The translations under genes and the position numbers were made by a program. Positions 8,595 to 17,711 of a stretch of DNA of 64,000 bases are shown here, piece after piece (within the stretch, counting starts at the first letter, position 1; each line of letters starts with the position of its first letter). The stretch is from SAR202 cluster bacterium bin87. GTDB lineage: Bacteria; Chloroflexota; Dehalococcoidia; Lucifugimonadales; UBA3495. The stretch is taken from the NCBI GenBank assembly GCA_002238825.1, contig MPNC01000003.1:455208-519207 (forward strand). The letters run 5' to 3'. A model generated the notes under the pieces. The model made no database searches and was not told the origin of the DNA. It saw nothing but the letters and a program-made list of their open reading frames with translations.

Positions 8595-10265
8595 ATGTCC
8601 CAACTGATGACCGGCAAACAGGCGCTGCTGGAGATGCTCAAGGCCGAGGGCGTCGAGTACATATTCGGAAACCCCGGAACCAGCGAGGGGCCGATCATCG
8701 ACCTGCTGGGCGACTACCCCGAGTTGCGCTACATCCTGACCTTGCAGGAAAGCGTGGCAGTCGGGATGGGCGAGGCCTACGCCCGCGCCACGGGCACCGC
8801 GTCCTTCGTCAGTCTCCACGTTGACAGCGGGCTGGCGAATGGGATCGCCCTGATGCTGGACGCCCTGAACACCGGCACGCCGATGGTGGTGACCTCTGCC
8901 AACTACGACGTCCGCAAGGTGAACGAGACCATGACCGACCTGGCCGAGCTGGTACGACCGGTGACCAAGTGGTCGGTGGAACTGTCACATGCGGACCAGA
9001 TCCCCAGCACAATCCGACGGGCGTTTAACGAAGCCAACAGCCACCCCAAGGGGCCGGTGTACGTGGGCTTCACCTCCAATGCGCTGGAGGGTATGGCGGA
9101 AATGAACATCGAGCCGTCGCGGCCGGTGTACGACGCTTCGCGACCCAGCGCGGAAGGGATCGCCCGCGCCGCGTCCCTGCTGATGGACGCCAGCCGGCCG
9201 ATGATGCTGGTGGGCGACCGCCTTTCCGACGACGGCGCCGTGGACCAGGCGGTGGGGTTGGCCGAGCTCATGGGCTTGCCGGTGTACCAGGCGCGGGGCG
9301 CTGAAGTGTCCTTCCCCACGACGCACGAGCAGTTCCTGGGGGCGCTGTCCCTGCGCGTCAACGAGCAGCGAGCCGTGTTGCAGACGGTGGACGTGGTGCT
9401 GGCCGTGGGCTCCGACCCCTTCGAGGAACTGTTCTACTGGGGCGATGTGATCCTGTCCGCCGATGCCAAGCTGGTGCATATTGATCCGGACCGCAGCCGC
9501 ATCGGGCGCTCGGAGCCGACTGAGGTCGGCATCGTGGGGCATTGCGGGCTGGCGCTGCAGGACCTCATCGCGGCGCTGGAGGAGCGCCTTTCACCCGGCA
9601 ACCGGACAGAAATCGGGCTGCGCAAGGAGGCGATCGCCGCTGAGCGCCAGAGCAACCGGGCCGCGTTCGAAGAGTCGGTGGCCGAGAAGTGGGACCACAG
9701 GCCGATGACGCCGGCGCGCATGATGGCCGAGTTGGCGGCAGCAATCCCCGACAACGCCGTTGTGGTCGACGACTCGATCAGCAACCGGGGGGCGATGCGG
9801 CATTATTTCCAGGCCGGACGCCGGGGCGACCTGCGTGGGTACCGAGGGCAGTCCATCGGCGGCGGCATGGGCACCACCATGGGAACACAATGCGCCAACC
9901 CGGACCGGCCCGTTTTCGGCATCATCGGCGACGGCAGCGCGATGATGACAATCCAGGGGCTGTGGACGGCGGCCAACGATAACATCCCGTGCGTGTTCGT
10001 CATCTGCAACAACGGGGCGTACCGCGTGCTCAAGGTGAACTTCAACGTATATCAGCGGGACGTGCTGGAACTGCCGGAGACCTCCGGCGGGCAATTGCTT
10101 TACTCCGACTTCGGCACGCCCTTCGACATGGCCGCTATCGCCAACAGCATGGGCGTGCACGGCGAACGCATCACGGATCCGGCGGAGATCAAGCCCGCGG
10201 TGGACCGGGCGGTGGCTTCCGGCAAGCCGGCTCTACTGGACATGGTGATCGACGGGTCGCTGTAG
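8595..10265 (+). CDS. Thiamine pyrophosphate-dependent enzyme (benzoylformate decarboxylase-like)
   Basis: FGNPGTSE, LQE, GDGSAMM...ICNNG TPP motif; start reassigned to the ATG after GGAGGAG. Confidence 0.9.
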   Translation: MSQLMTGKQALLEMLKAEGVEYIFGNPGTSEGPIIDLLGDYPELRYILTLQESVAVGMGEAYARATGTASFVSLHVDSGLANGIALMLDALNTGTPMVVTSANYDVRKVNETMTDLAELVRPVTKWSVELSHADQIPSTIRRAFNEANSHPKGPVYVGFTSNALEGMAEMNIEPSRPVYDASRPSAEGIARAASLLMDASRPMMLVGDRLSDDGAVDQAVGLAELMGLPVYQARGAEVSFPTTHEQFLGALSLRVNEQRAVLQTVDVVLAVGSDPFEELFYWGDVILSADAKLVHIDPDRSRIGRSEPTEVGIVGHCGLALQDLIAALEERLSPGNRTEIGLRKEAIAAERQSNRAAFEESVAEKWDHRPMTPARMMAELAAAIPDNAVVVDDSISNRGAMRHYFQAGRRGDLRGYRGQSIGGGMGTTMGTQCANPDRPVFGIIGDGSAMMTIQGLWTAANDNIPCVFVICNNGAYRVLKVNFNVYQRDVLELPETSGGQLLYSDFGTPFDMAAIANSMGVHGERITDPAEIKPAVDRAVASGKPALLDMVIDGSL

Positions 10266-10312
10266 AGCACACAGGATGGCCTCCATCGGATGCCTCATAA
10301 GGGGAAACGCTA

Positions 10313-11080
10313 ATGAAAACCAACACCACCAAGGCGAAATTGAACGACGGCCATGTCGTCTTCGGGGCCATCATCACCCGATACGCCCCCGACATGGTAG
10401 AAATCTTCGGGGCCCTGGGCTACGACTTCGTCATGATCGACTGCGAGCACGGGCCGGCCAGCCTGGACCAGGTGGAGCACATGGTGCGCGCCGCCGAGTC
10501 CTTTGGCATCACGCCCATCGCGCGCATCCCGGACCACTCGGAACCGACGATCCTCCGATTCCTGGACCGGGGGTTGCAAGGGATCATAGTGCCTCACGTG
10601 AATACGGGAGAGCAGGCGGCAGCCATCGCCCGGGCAGCCCGGTACTATCCCGACGGCTACCGCGGCATGGGCGGCGGCCGCGCGCAGGATTACGGCATCG
10701 GCGTCAACCGAGACGAGGCGACGGCGTGGGTGAACTCGAACGTGCTGGTGATCCCGATGGTTGAGGATGTGGAAGCGGTGGGCAACCTGGACGACATCCT
10801 GGCGGTCTCCGGCGCGGACGTGCTGCACGTGGCGGCGTCGGACCTGGGGCAGAGCATGGGCAACCCGGGCGTTGCCGAGGTGCGCCGGGTGATGAGCGAG
10901 GTGATCCCGCGAGTGCGGGCCGGCGGCAAGAACGTCGGCGTTGGCGGCAACAACCCGGCCGATACCGCCGGCGTCGCCGAGTTCATCAATCTCGGGGCAA
11001 ACTTCGTTACGGTTTCGGGCTGGGGATTGCTGCGCATCGGAGCCGAGAACTTCCTGAAAAACGTGAACGCCGCCCTCTAA
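10313..11080 (+). CDS. HpcH/HpaI aldolase family protein
   Basis: DFVMIDCEHG, ARYYPDGYRG, PMVED. Confidence 0.9.
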   Translation: MKTNTTKAKLNDGHVVFGAIITRYAPDMVEIFGALGYDFVMIDCEHGPASLDQVEHMVRAAESFGITPIARIPDHSEPTILRFLDRGLQGIIVPHVNTGEQAAAIARAARYYPDGYRGMGGGRAQDYGIGVNRDEATAWVNSNVLVIPMVEDVEAVGNLDDILAVSGADVLHVAASDLGQSMGNPGVAEVRRVMSEVIPRVRAGGKNVGVGGNNPADTAGVAEFINLGANFVTVSGWGLLRIGAENFLKNVNAAL

Positions 11081-11105
11081 CGGGGCGGCGTCAGCACCAT
11101 CTGGC

Positions 11106-11138
11106 AATGAACCCCGGGAAGCCCCGGGGTTCATTTTT
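11106..11138 (+). terminator. Intrinsic terminator between convergent operons
   Basis: 13-bp stem AATGAACCCCGGG/CCCGGGGTTCATT followed by a T run. Confidence 0.85.
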
Positions 11139-11149
11139 GTGGTCGTGGA

Positions 11150-12154
11150 TTAGTAGAGGTGGCAGGACACAATGTGGCCGGGCTCCAACTCAGTGACCTG
11201 CGGGATGTCCCGGGAGCATTGGTCCATGACGAAGGGACAACGGGGATGGAACCGGCAACCTTCGGGCGGGTTGAGCGGTGACGGCACCTCGCCGGTGAGG
11301 ATCATCTCCTCCTGCTCGATGTCGGGGTGCGAAGGCAGCGCGGCGTTCATCAGGGCCTTGGTGTAGGGATGCGACGCGTTGTCGAACAACTCCTTGGTGC
11401 GGCCGTACTCAACAATCTGACCCAGGTACATCACGGCCACCCAGTCGCACATGTACCGCACCGTTGCCAGGTGGTGGGCGATCAGCAGATAGCTGACGTT
11501 GTACTCGTTCTGCAGGTCCATCAGCAGGTTCATGATCTGGGCGCGAATGGACACGTCCAGCGCCGAAACCGGCTCGTCGAGCACGATGACCCTGGGTTCC
11601 ACGGACAGTGCCCGGGCGATGGCCAACCGCTGGCGTTGCCCACCGCTGAACTCGTGGGGATACAGGTTGGCGTGGTAGCTGCTCAGGCCCACGTCGTTCA
11701 GCAGCTTGCCGACCCGGTCCTGCATCTCGCGTCGGCTCAGGTTCAGGTTGATGACCATGGGCTCCGCGATCAGGTCTCGGACGCGCATGCGGGGGTTGAG
11801 GGAGCTCCAGGGGTCCTGGAAAACCGCCTGTACCGAGCTGCGATAGGCGCGGCGTTGCTCGGCATTGGCGTTGTGGATTTCCTGACCCTGGTACTCGATG
11901 GTCCCTTCCGTGGGCTCCTCAAGCATCAGGAGCATCTTGGCGGTAGTGCTCTTGCCGCATCCGGACTCGCCCACGATGCCCAGAGTTTCGCCGGCCCGTA
12001 CCTGGAAGGAAACGCCGTCGACGGCCTTGATCCATCCGGTTACTTTGGATACCAGGAGACCCTTGGTGACGGGGAAGTGTTTCTTAAGGCCATTGGCCTC
12101 GAGCAGCACCTCGTTGGTGGTTTGGGTCACCGGATTTGCTTCCAGGGTGGTCAT
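11150..12154 (-). CDS. Peptide/nickel ABC transporter ATP-binding protein (OppF-like)
   Basis: GESGCGKS, FSGGQRQR, DEP, C-terminal CRFHPRC. Confidence 0.95.
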   Translation of the reverse strand: MTTLEANPVTQTTNEVLLEANGLKKHFPVTKGLLVSKVTGWIKAVDGVSFQVRAGETLGIVGESGCGKSTTAKMLLMLEEPTEGTIEYQGQEIHNANAEQRRAYRSSVQAVFQDPWSSLNPRMRVRDLIAEPMVINLNLSRREMQDRVGKLLNDVGLSSYHANLYPHEFSGGQRQRLAIARALSVEPRVIVLDEPVSALDVSIRAQIMNLLMDLQNEYNVSYLLIAHHLATVRYMCDWVAVMYLGQIVEYGRTKELFDNASHPYTKALMNAALPSHPDIEQEEMILTGEVPSPLNPPEGCRFHPRCPFVMDQCSRDIPQVTELEPGHIVSCHLY

Positions 12155-13143
12155 TCGAGCCTCCAGCAGGCGGCGTAGTGGCTATCGGATACGTCGAATT
12201 GTGTCGGGTAGGTGGTCTGACATTTGTCCATGACGTACTGGCAGCGGGGCGCGAAGGGGCAACCCGTGGGCAGGTCGTGCAGGGTCGGGGGTTGTCCTTC
12301 GATGGAGTACAGGCGATCGACGTCCTCCTCCAGCTTGGGAACAGAGGCCAAGAGCGCCTCGGTGTAAGGGTGCGAGGGGTTGTTGAAAATATCCCGCACA
12401 TCGCCCATCTCGACGATCCTGCCGGCGTACATCACAGCCACGCGGTCGCACATCTTGGCGACGATGCCGAAGTCGTGGGTGATGAAGATGAGCCCGATGT
12501 TGGAGGCTTCCTGGAGTTCTTTCAGGAGCTTGAGGTACTGCGCCTGGATGGTCACGTCCAATGAAGTCGTGGGCTCGTCGGCGATCAGCACGATGGGTTC
12601 GCAGGAGATGCCGATGGCGCCGACCACGCGCTGGCGCATGCCGCCGCTCATCTGGTGGGGGTAGTCGCGGACCCGGGTCTCGGCGGCGGGGATGTTCACC
12701 TTGCGGAGCACGTCCAGCACCTGCTGAACGACCGTGCGCTTGGGAATGTCCTGGTGGATCTTGATGGCCTCGCCGACTTGGTTGCCGATTGAGAATACCG
12801 GGTTGAGGGAGGTCATGGGGTCCTGGATGATCAGCGCGATCTGGCTGCCCCGGATCCCGCTCATTTCCTTGTCGGTCATCTGAACCAGGTCCTGTCCTTC
12901 CAGGAGGATCTGCCCATCAACGATTCGACCCGGCGGTTCCGGTATGAGCCGCATCAGCGACAGCATGGTCACCGACTTCCCCGATCCAGATTCTCCCACG
13001 ATACCAAGGGTCTCGCCGCGTCGCAGGTTAAAGCTTACGCCGTCGACCGCCTTGACTGTGCCCCAGCGGGTCTCGAAATAGGTTTTGAGTCCGTCAACCT
13101 GCAGCACCACGGGTGATGTGTTTTCGGTTGTGCTAGTAGTCAT
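12151..13143 (-). CDS. Peptide/nickel ABC transporter ATP-binding protein (OppD-like)
   Basis: GESGSGKS, MSGGMRQR, ADEPTT. Confidence 0.95.
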   Translation of the reverse strand: MTTSTTENTSPVVLQVDGLKTYFETRWGTVKAVDGVSFNLRRGETLGIVGESGSGKSVTMLSLMRLIPEPPGRIVDGQILLEGQDLVQMTDKEMSGIRGSQIALIIQDPMTSLNPVFSIGNQVGEAIKIHQDIPKRTVVQQVLDVLRKVNIPAAETRVRDYPHQMSGGMRQRVVGAIGISCEPIVLIADEPTTSLDVTIQAQYLKLLKELQEASNIGLIFITHDFGIVAKMCDRVAVMYAGRIVEMGDVRDIFNNPSHPYTEALLASVPKLEEDVDRLYSIEGQPPTLHDLPTGCPFAPRCQYVMDKCQTTYPTQFDVSDSHYAACWRLE

Positions 13144-13204
13144 GCTTCAGCCTGCTTTCCGGTGGGTCAACGCCGGTGGGTCAATGATTGTTGGGCGAAA
13201 ATGA

Positions 13205-14104
13205 TCAGTTAAGTTGGCGGAGCCTGGGGTCGAGCCGGTCGCGCAGCCAGTCGCCGAAGAGGTTCATTGACAGCACGACGAGCATGATGGCCAGGCCGGG
13301 CATGGTGGAGATCCACCAGGCGACCGCCAGCCGGTCTCGGCCGTCGGAAACCATGGAGCCCCAGGCCGGCGTGGGCGGCGGAACCCCGGCGCCGAGGAAG
13401 CTCAGCGTGGATTCGAGCAGGATCACGATGCCGACTTCGAGAGTGGCCAAAACGATGAGGGTGTTGATGACACCGGGGAAGATGTGGATGAACAGGATGC
13501 GCGGCGTTGACGCTCCGGCGACCTTGGCCAGAGCGACAAAGTCCATGGTTTTCAGCTGCAGAACCTCGCCCCGCACGTTGCGGGCAAAACGCGGCCACAC
13601 GGCGATGGCCAGGATCGCGACAATGATGAGGAACGACTGCCCCAGGGCCAGCACCAGCACCAGGGCCAGCAATATGGTCGGTATCGCCAGCTTGATGTCC
13701 ACGATTCGCATCAGGAACTCATCGAGCCAGCCGCCGTACCACCCGGCGATGAGGCCACTGGCCACACCGATGACCATGCCTACGCCCAGGGTGACGCCCG
13801 CCACGGCGAGCGAGATGCGGGCGCCGAAGATGACACGGCTGAGCATGTCGCGGCCCAGGTGGTCGGTGCCCAGCAGGAATTCGGAGCTTCCGCCCGCTTC
13901 CCACGCCGGGGGCAGGTTGCGGTCGCGGAGGCCGCCGCGCTCGGGATCGTGCGGCGCGATCAACGGGGCGAAAATCCCGGTGAACACGAACAGCACAAGG
14001 AAGAACATGGGAATCAGCGGCCATCGCCGGAATTGCCAGAGTTTCCTGGCAATTCGGGCCGGCGCCGCCGGCTGTTGTACGACCAGAGTTGCGTCTGCTG
14101 CCAC
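13205..14104 (-). CDS. ABC transporter permease (OppC-like)
   Basis: LGTDHLGRD, LSFLG, PAWG. Confidence 0.93.
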   Translation of the reverse strand: MAADATLVVQQPAAPARIARKLWQFRRWPLIPMFFLVLFVFTGIFAPLIAPHDPERGGLRDRNLPPAWEAGGSSEFLLGTDHLGRDMLSRVIFGARISLAVAGVTLGVGMVIGVASGLIAGWYGGWLDEFLMRIVDIKLAIPTILLALVLVLALGQSFLIIVAILAIAVWPRFARNVRGEVLQLKTMDFVALAKVAGASTPRILFIHIFPGVINTLIVLATLEVGIVILLESTLSFLGAGVPPPTPAWGSMVSDGRDRLAVAWWISTMPGLAIMLVVLSMNLFGDWLRDRLDPRLRQLN

Positions 14105-14135
14105 GGTAATCTCCTCCCCTTAGGAGTAACGGCCC

Positions 14136-15071
14136 TTAGGAGTACCGAATCCTGGGATCGATGTAGGCGTACATGATGTCGACCGACAGCGCCGCTGCCA
14201 CGTACATCAGCGTGAACACAATGACCACGGCTTGTAGGAGTGGGTAATCGTTGCCGGCCAGGGCCTGGATCGCTAGCTGACCCAATCCGGGCCACGCGAA
14301 CACGGTTTCCACAACCAGGGAACCCGTCACCAGGCTTCCCAGAGTGATGCCCGCGAAGGTCAACACCGGAATGAGCGCGTTGCGCAACGAGTGCTTCCAG
14401 ATGACGATGTTGTTGGACACGCCCTTGGCCCGTGCAAGTTTGACGTACTCGGAGTCCATAACGTTCAGCATGGCGGAGCGTAGCAGCCGGAGGTTGGCCG
14501 CGGCGTAGAACCAACCCAGTGTCACTGCCGGCAAGATAATGCTGGAGATCTCCTGGCGTCCGTAGGGCGGCACCAGACTATTCCCAAACCAATCATTCCA
14601 GCGCACCGAAAACAGGAACACCAGCATCAGTCCTAACCAGAACACCGGGGCAGATTGTCCCACCAGGGCGACCACCTTCCCGGCCATGTCAAGGAAACTC
14701 CCTCGTTTCACCGCCGACAGGATACCCAGTGGCACGCCGACGATCACCGAGAACGCAAAGGCGGCCAAGCCCAGCTGCAACGTTGCCGGTATCCGCTCAA
14801 TGATGACTTCCATCGACGGGCGGCCTTCCTTGATCGATTCGCCGAAATCACCTTTCAGCGCGCTGCCCAGGAAGATTCCGTACTGCTGGTAGTAGGGCTT
14901 GTCGAGCCCGAGGCTCGCGGTCAGCCGGTCCCAGTCTTCCTGGGTGGAATAGTCGTCCAGGTAGACGTGCCGGGGATCGCCGGCCGCCCGGCTCATTACG
15001 AAAATGATCAGCGAGACAGCCAGCAGGGTTACCACAGCCAGCAGGATGCGTCGCAACAGGTATCGCTGCAT
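14136..15071 (-). CDS. ABC transporter permease (OppB-like)
   Basis: ARAKG, HSLRNALIP, ETVFAWPGLG, DPRI. Confidence 0.95.
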   Translation of the reverse strand: MQRYLLRRILLAVVTLLAVSLIIFVMSRAAGDPRHVYLDDYSTQEDWDRLTASLGLDKPYYQQYGIFLGSALKGDFGESIKEGRPSMEVIIERIPATLQLGLAAFAFSVIVGVPLGILSAVKRGSFLDMAGKVVALVGQSAPVFWLGLMLVFLFSVRWNDWFGNSLVPPYGRQEISSIILPAVTLGWFYAAANLRLLRSAMLNVMDSEYVKLARAKGVSNNIVIWKHSLRNALIPVLTFAGITLGSLVTGSLVVETVFAWPGLGQLAIQALAGNDYPLLQAVVIVFTLMYVAAALSVDIMYAYIDPRIRYS

Positions 15072-15175
15072 GATGTTTCACTACCTCAAAAACTGTTTCC
15101 CTGAGCGTTACGGGTGATCGGTGATTGTTGACGAACTTTCGTCGAGACTCGCCGGGTGCAGATCGGGCCGAGTCA

Positions 15176-15730
15176 CTACGACTTGCCCGCGGCCCGGGCT
15201 CCGTCATTGCCGGAGCCGTTCCCGTTGGAAGGTCCCAGCGTCCCGTCGCCTCGCGGCTGACGCGCGGCGCGAGCGAACCTTCCGAACATGCCTTCGTAAC
15301 CGATGTTGAAGAGCAGCGCCATGATGTTCGGCACCAGCGCCGCTCCCAAGGCAATATAGGTTCGCGGCTTGAACAGGTAGGGGCAAACCCCCACGCATCT
15401 GGCGTCCTCGATGGCGGAAATGTAGCCGCCGATTTGGAAACCGACCCAGGCTCCGCCAAAACTTGCTGCGGACAGAACAAGGCCCGCGCCCAGCAGGATA
15501 GGCCAGGCCGGGATGGAGTCCACCCTCAGGAGGACTATTCCCGCCCCGATGCCAGCGCCGACGCCGGCGCCCACCATGAGCATTGTAAGAATGTTGGGCA
15601 GGGCCGCCACCCCGAAGAACACCGCCAACGCGGACGCTAGCGCCATCCCGAGGGCCGCCAGAACCGCTGCCAGGGGGAATCCCAGGAGAGTTCTGGCGAC
15701 GACTGATATCCAAGGCTTCTGTGGCCCCAT
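15176..15730 (-). CDS. Hypothetical membrane protein (about 4 TM) inside the ABC operon
   Basis: Hydrophobic segments; co-oriented between an SBP and a permease. Confidence 0.65.
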   Translation of the reverse strand: MGPQKPWISVVARTLLGFPLAAVLAALGMALASALAVFFGVAALPNILTMLMVGAGVGAGIGAGIVLLRVDSIPAWPILLGAGLVLSAASFGGAWVGFQIGGYISAIEDARCVGVCPYLFKPRTYIALGAALVPNIMALLFNIGYEGMFGRFARAARQPRGDGTLGPSNGNGSGNDGARAAGKS

Positions 15731-15764
15731 ACTGGCGTTACCTGCCCATTGCTAACCTTTCGGA

Positions 15765-17663
15765 CTACCCGCGGGGTTGGATGTATTCGTAACCGTTGAT
15801 GTTGCGCAGGTCACGGTAGCGCACGCCCTCAATCCAGGGCTGGATGTTGGGACCGACGGGCCACAGGCTGTCAAAGTTGTACAGCCCGACGCCGGTGAGG
15901 GCATTGTCAAACATGAAGGTGGCGATCTCAATGGCCAGTTCCCGGCGCTTCACCGAGTCGATCTCGGCCATGTGCTCGGCGACCTTCTCGTCCATCCACG
16001 GATGTTCGACGCCACGGTTCCAGACGGCCTGGTGGTGCAGCTGGGACAGCATGCCGGAGAAACCCTGGCCGGGCTCCAGCCGGATGCCGCCGGCGTGACA
16101 GGTTGAACCCTGGTAGTTGCGAGCAATCAGGCTGGGTCGCAGCGTGGTGTAGGGCAGGTTCTGGAACTTGACGTCCAGGCCGATGTCGCCCCACATGGTG
16201 GCGATGGCCTCGCAGGCTTCGACTTCCACCGGCGCTCCCCGCAGCGACGGCGTCAGCGTGATGCTAAACCCGTCGGGGTAGCCGGCCTCGGCTATCAACT
16301 GCATAGCCCGTTCCGGGTTGTACTCCCAGCGTAGTTCCGGGGGCAGCCAGCTTTCTTCGTACTGACCGAAGTCCCAGAGGACGGCGGGAGATCCGTACCC
16401 GTGCAGCAGGGTATCGACGATGCCCTGCCGGTCAATGGCGATGGACAGCGCGGTGCGCACCTTAGCCGCATTTTTCCACGCTTCGGAATTGATGTCAGGG
16501 TCGGCGGACACCCACGGCAGTTCCGGATCATAGCCGGGCTGCTGGTCTTCGGTGCCGATGCCGACGTAATACTGACCGTAGAAGGTCAGGGCCGATTCGC
16601 CGCCGCCGGGGACCCGCATGATTTCTGCGCCATCCACCGCCTCGACCAGAGCCAACGAGTCGAAGGCCAGAAGCGTGGTGTCCAGGTTGCCGGTCTGGAA
16701 CCCAGCAACGCGAGATGATTCTTCAGGAATTTCCCGGAATTGCAATTCTGCGAAGTGAGGAGTCTTCCGCCAGTGGTCGGTTACGGCTTCCATCCGCCAG
16801 AACTCGCCGGTGCGGTATTCCACCAGGTCCCAGGGTCCGGTGCCGGCGATCTGGTCGTTGGCTTCTTCCACTCCGAGTTCTTCGGACTGTTTCTTGCTGA
16901 CTATCCAGGTTCCGCCGCCGCCGGCGCTGGTCAGGATTTCGTTGACGGGTACCTCAGACCACGGCGCGCCGGTATTAACCTCGACGGTGTAGTCATCGAC
17001 GGCGATGGCGTGCCCCTCCGGGTTCTCCCAGATTCCGCGGATGTTGGACGCCCTGGGGTGTTTCGACCCTTCGGCTCCGAATTGCCGCATGCCCCAAATG
17101 ACGTCCTCGGCGGTCATTTCGCCGTAGCCCTTGTGGAACTGGACGCCCTCATTGAGATTGAAAGTCCAGGTCGATCCGTCCGGGGACACCGACCATTCCC
17201 TGGCCAGCATCCCGACCGGCTTGAGCTCGCTGGACACGGTCAGCAGCGACTCTCCGATGGGGGCGGTTTGCAGGACGAAAATCTGGGGGTTTCCGGTCAG
17301 GGCGGGATGGCCCATGAAGGGGCCGAGTTCTTTCTGACCGACCGTCAACGTGCCCACGGGCGTATTGTCGATCGTTACCTCAGCGGTTTCGGGTGTGGCC
17401 GTGGGCGCCGTGACGGCGGCCGCGACCGGCACCTCGGTGGCTGCCGGGGCCGATGAACGGGATTCGGCGGCCGGCGCTTCCGTAGCCGCCGGTGCGGCCG
17501 GGGCCGCACTCTGGCTGGTGGTGGTTTGGCTGGCGGAGGTCTGGCCAGTGGCCGGAGCGGGGCTCTCCGCCGCTCCGCCGCAGGCGGCCACCAGGGCCAG
17601 CATCAGGGTTAACGCGCCAAGACCGACAACGGCGGTCAGGGGCTTTCCTGGAAATCGCAGCAT
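15765..17663 (-). CDS. ABC substrate-binding lipoprotein, family 5
   Basis: Lipobox VAAC, Ala/Pro/Thr linker, GVQFHKGYGEMTAEDV, AGYPDGF. Confidence 0.93.
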   Translation of the reverse strand: MLRFPGKPLTAVVGLGALTLMLALVAACGGAAESPAPATGQTSASQTTTSQSAAPAAPAATEAPAAESRSSAPAATEVPVAAAVTAPTATPETAEVTIDNTPVGTLTVGQKELGPFMGHPALTGNPQIFVLQTAPIGESLLTVSSELKPVGMLAREWSVSPDGSTWTFNLNEGVQFHKGYGEMTAEDVIWGMRQFGAEGSKHPRASNIRGIWENPEGHAIAVDDYTVEVNTGAPWSEVPVNEILTSAGGGGTWIVSKKQSEELGVEEANDQIAGTGPWDLVEYRTGEFWRMEAVTDHWRKTPHFAELQFREIPEESSRVAGFQTGNLDTTLLAFDSLALVEAVDGAEIMRVPGGGESALTFYGQYYVGIGTEDQQPGYDPELPWVSADPDINSEAWKNAAKVRTALSIAIDRQGIVDTLLHGYGSPAVLWDFGQYEESWLPPELRWEYNPERAMQLIAEAGYPDGFSITLTPSLRGAPVEVEACEAIATMWGDIGLDVKFQNLPYTTLRPSLIARNYQGSTCHAGGIRLEPGQGFSGMLSQLHHQAVWNRGVEHPWMDEKVAEHMAEIDSVKRRELAIEIATFMFDNALTGVGLYNFDSLWPVGPNIQPWIEGVRYRDLRNINGYEYIQPRG

Positions 17664-17711
17664 ATTTACCTCAACGTCGTGTGATCGGGTGTCGATTTTT
17701 GGGTAGGTTTA

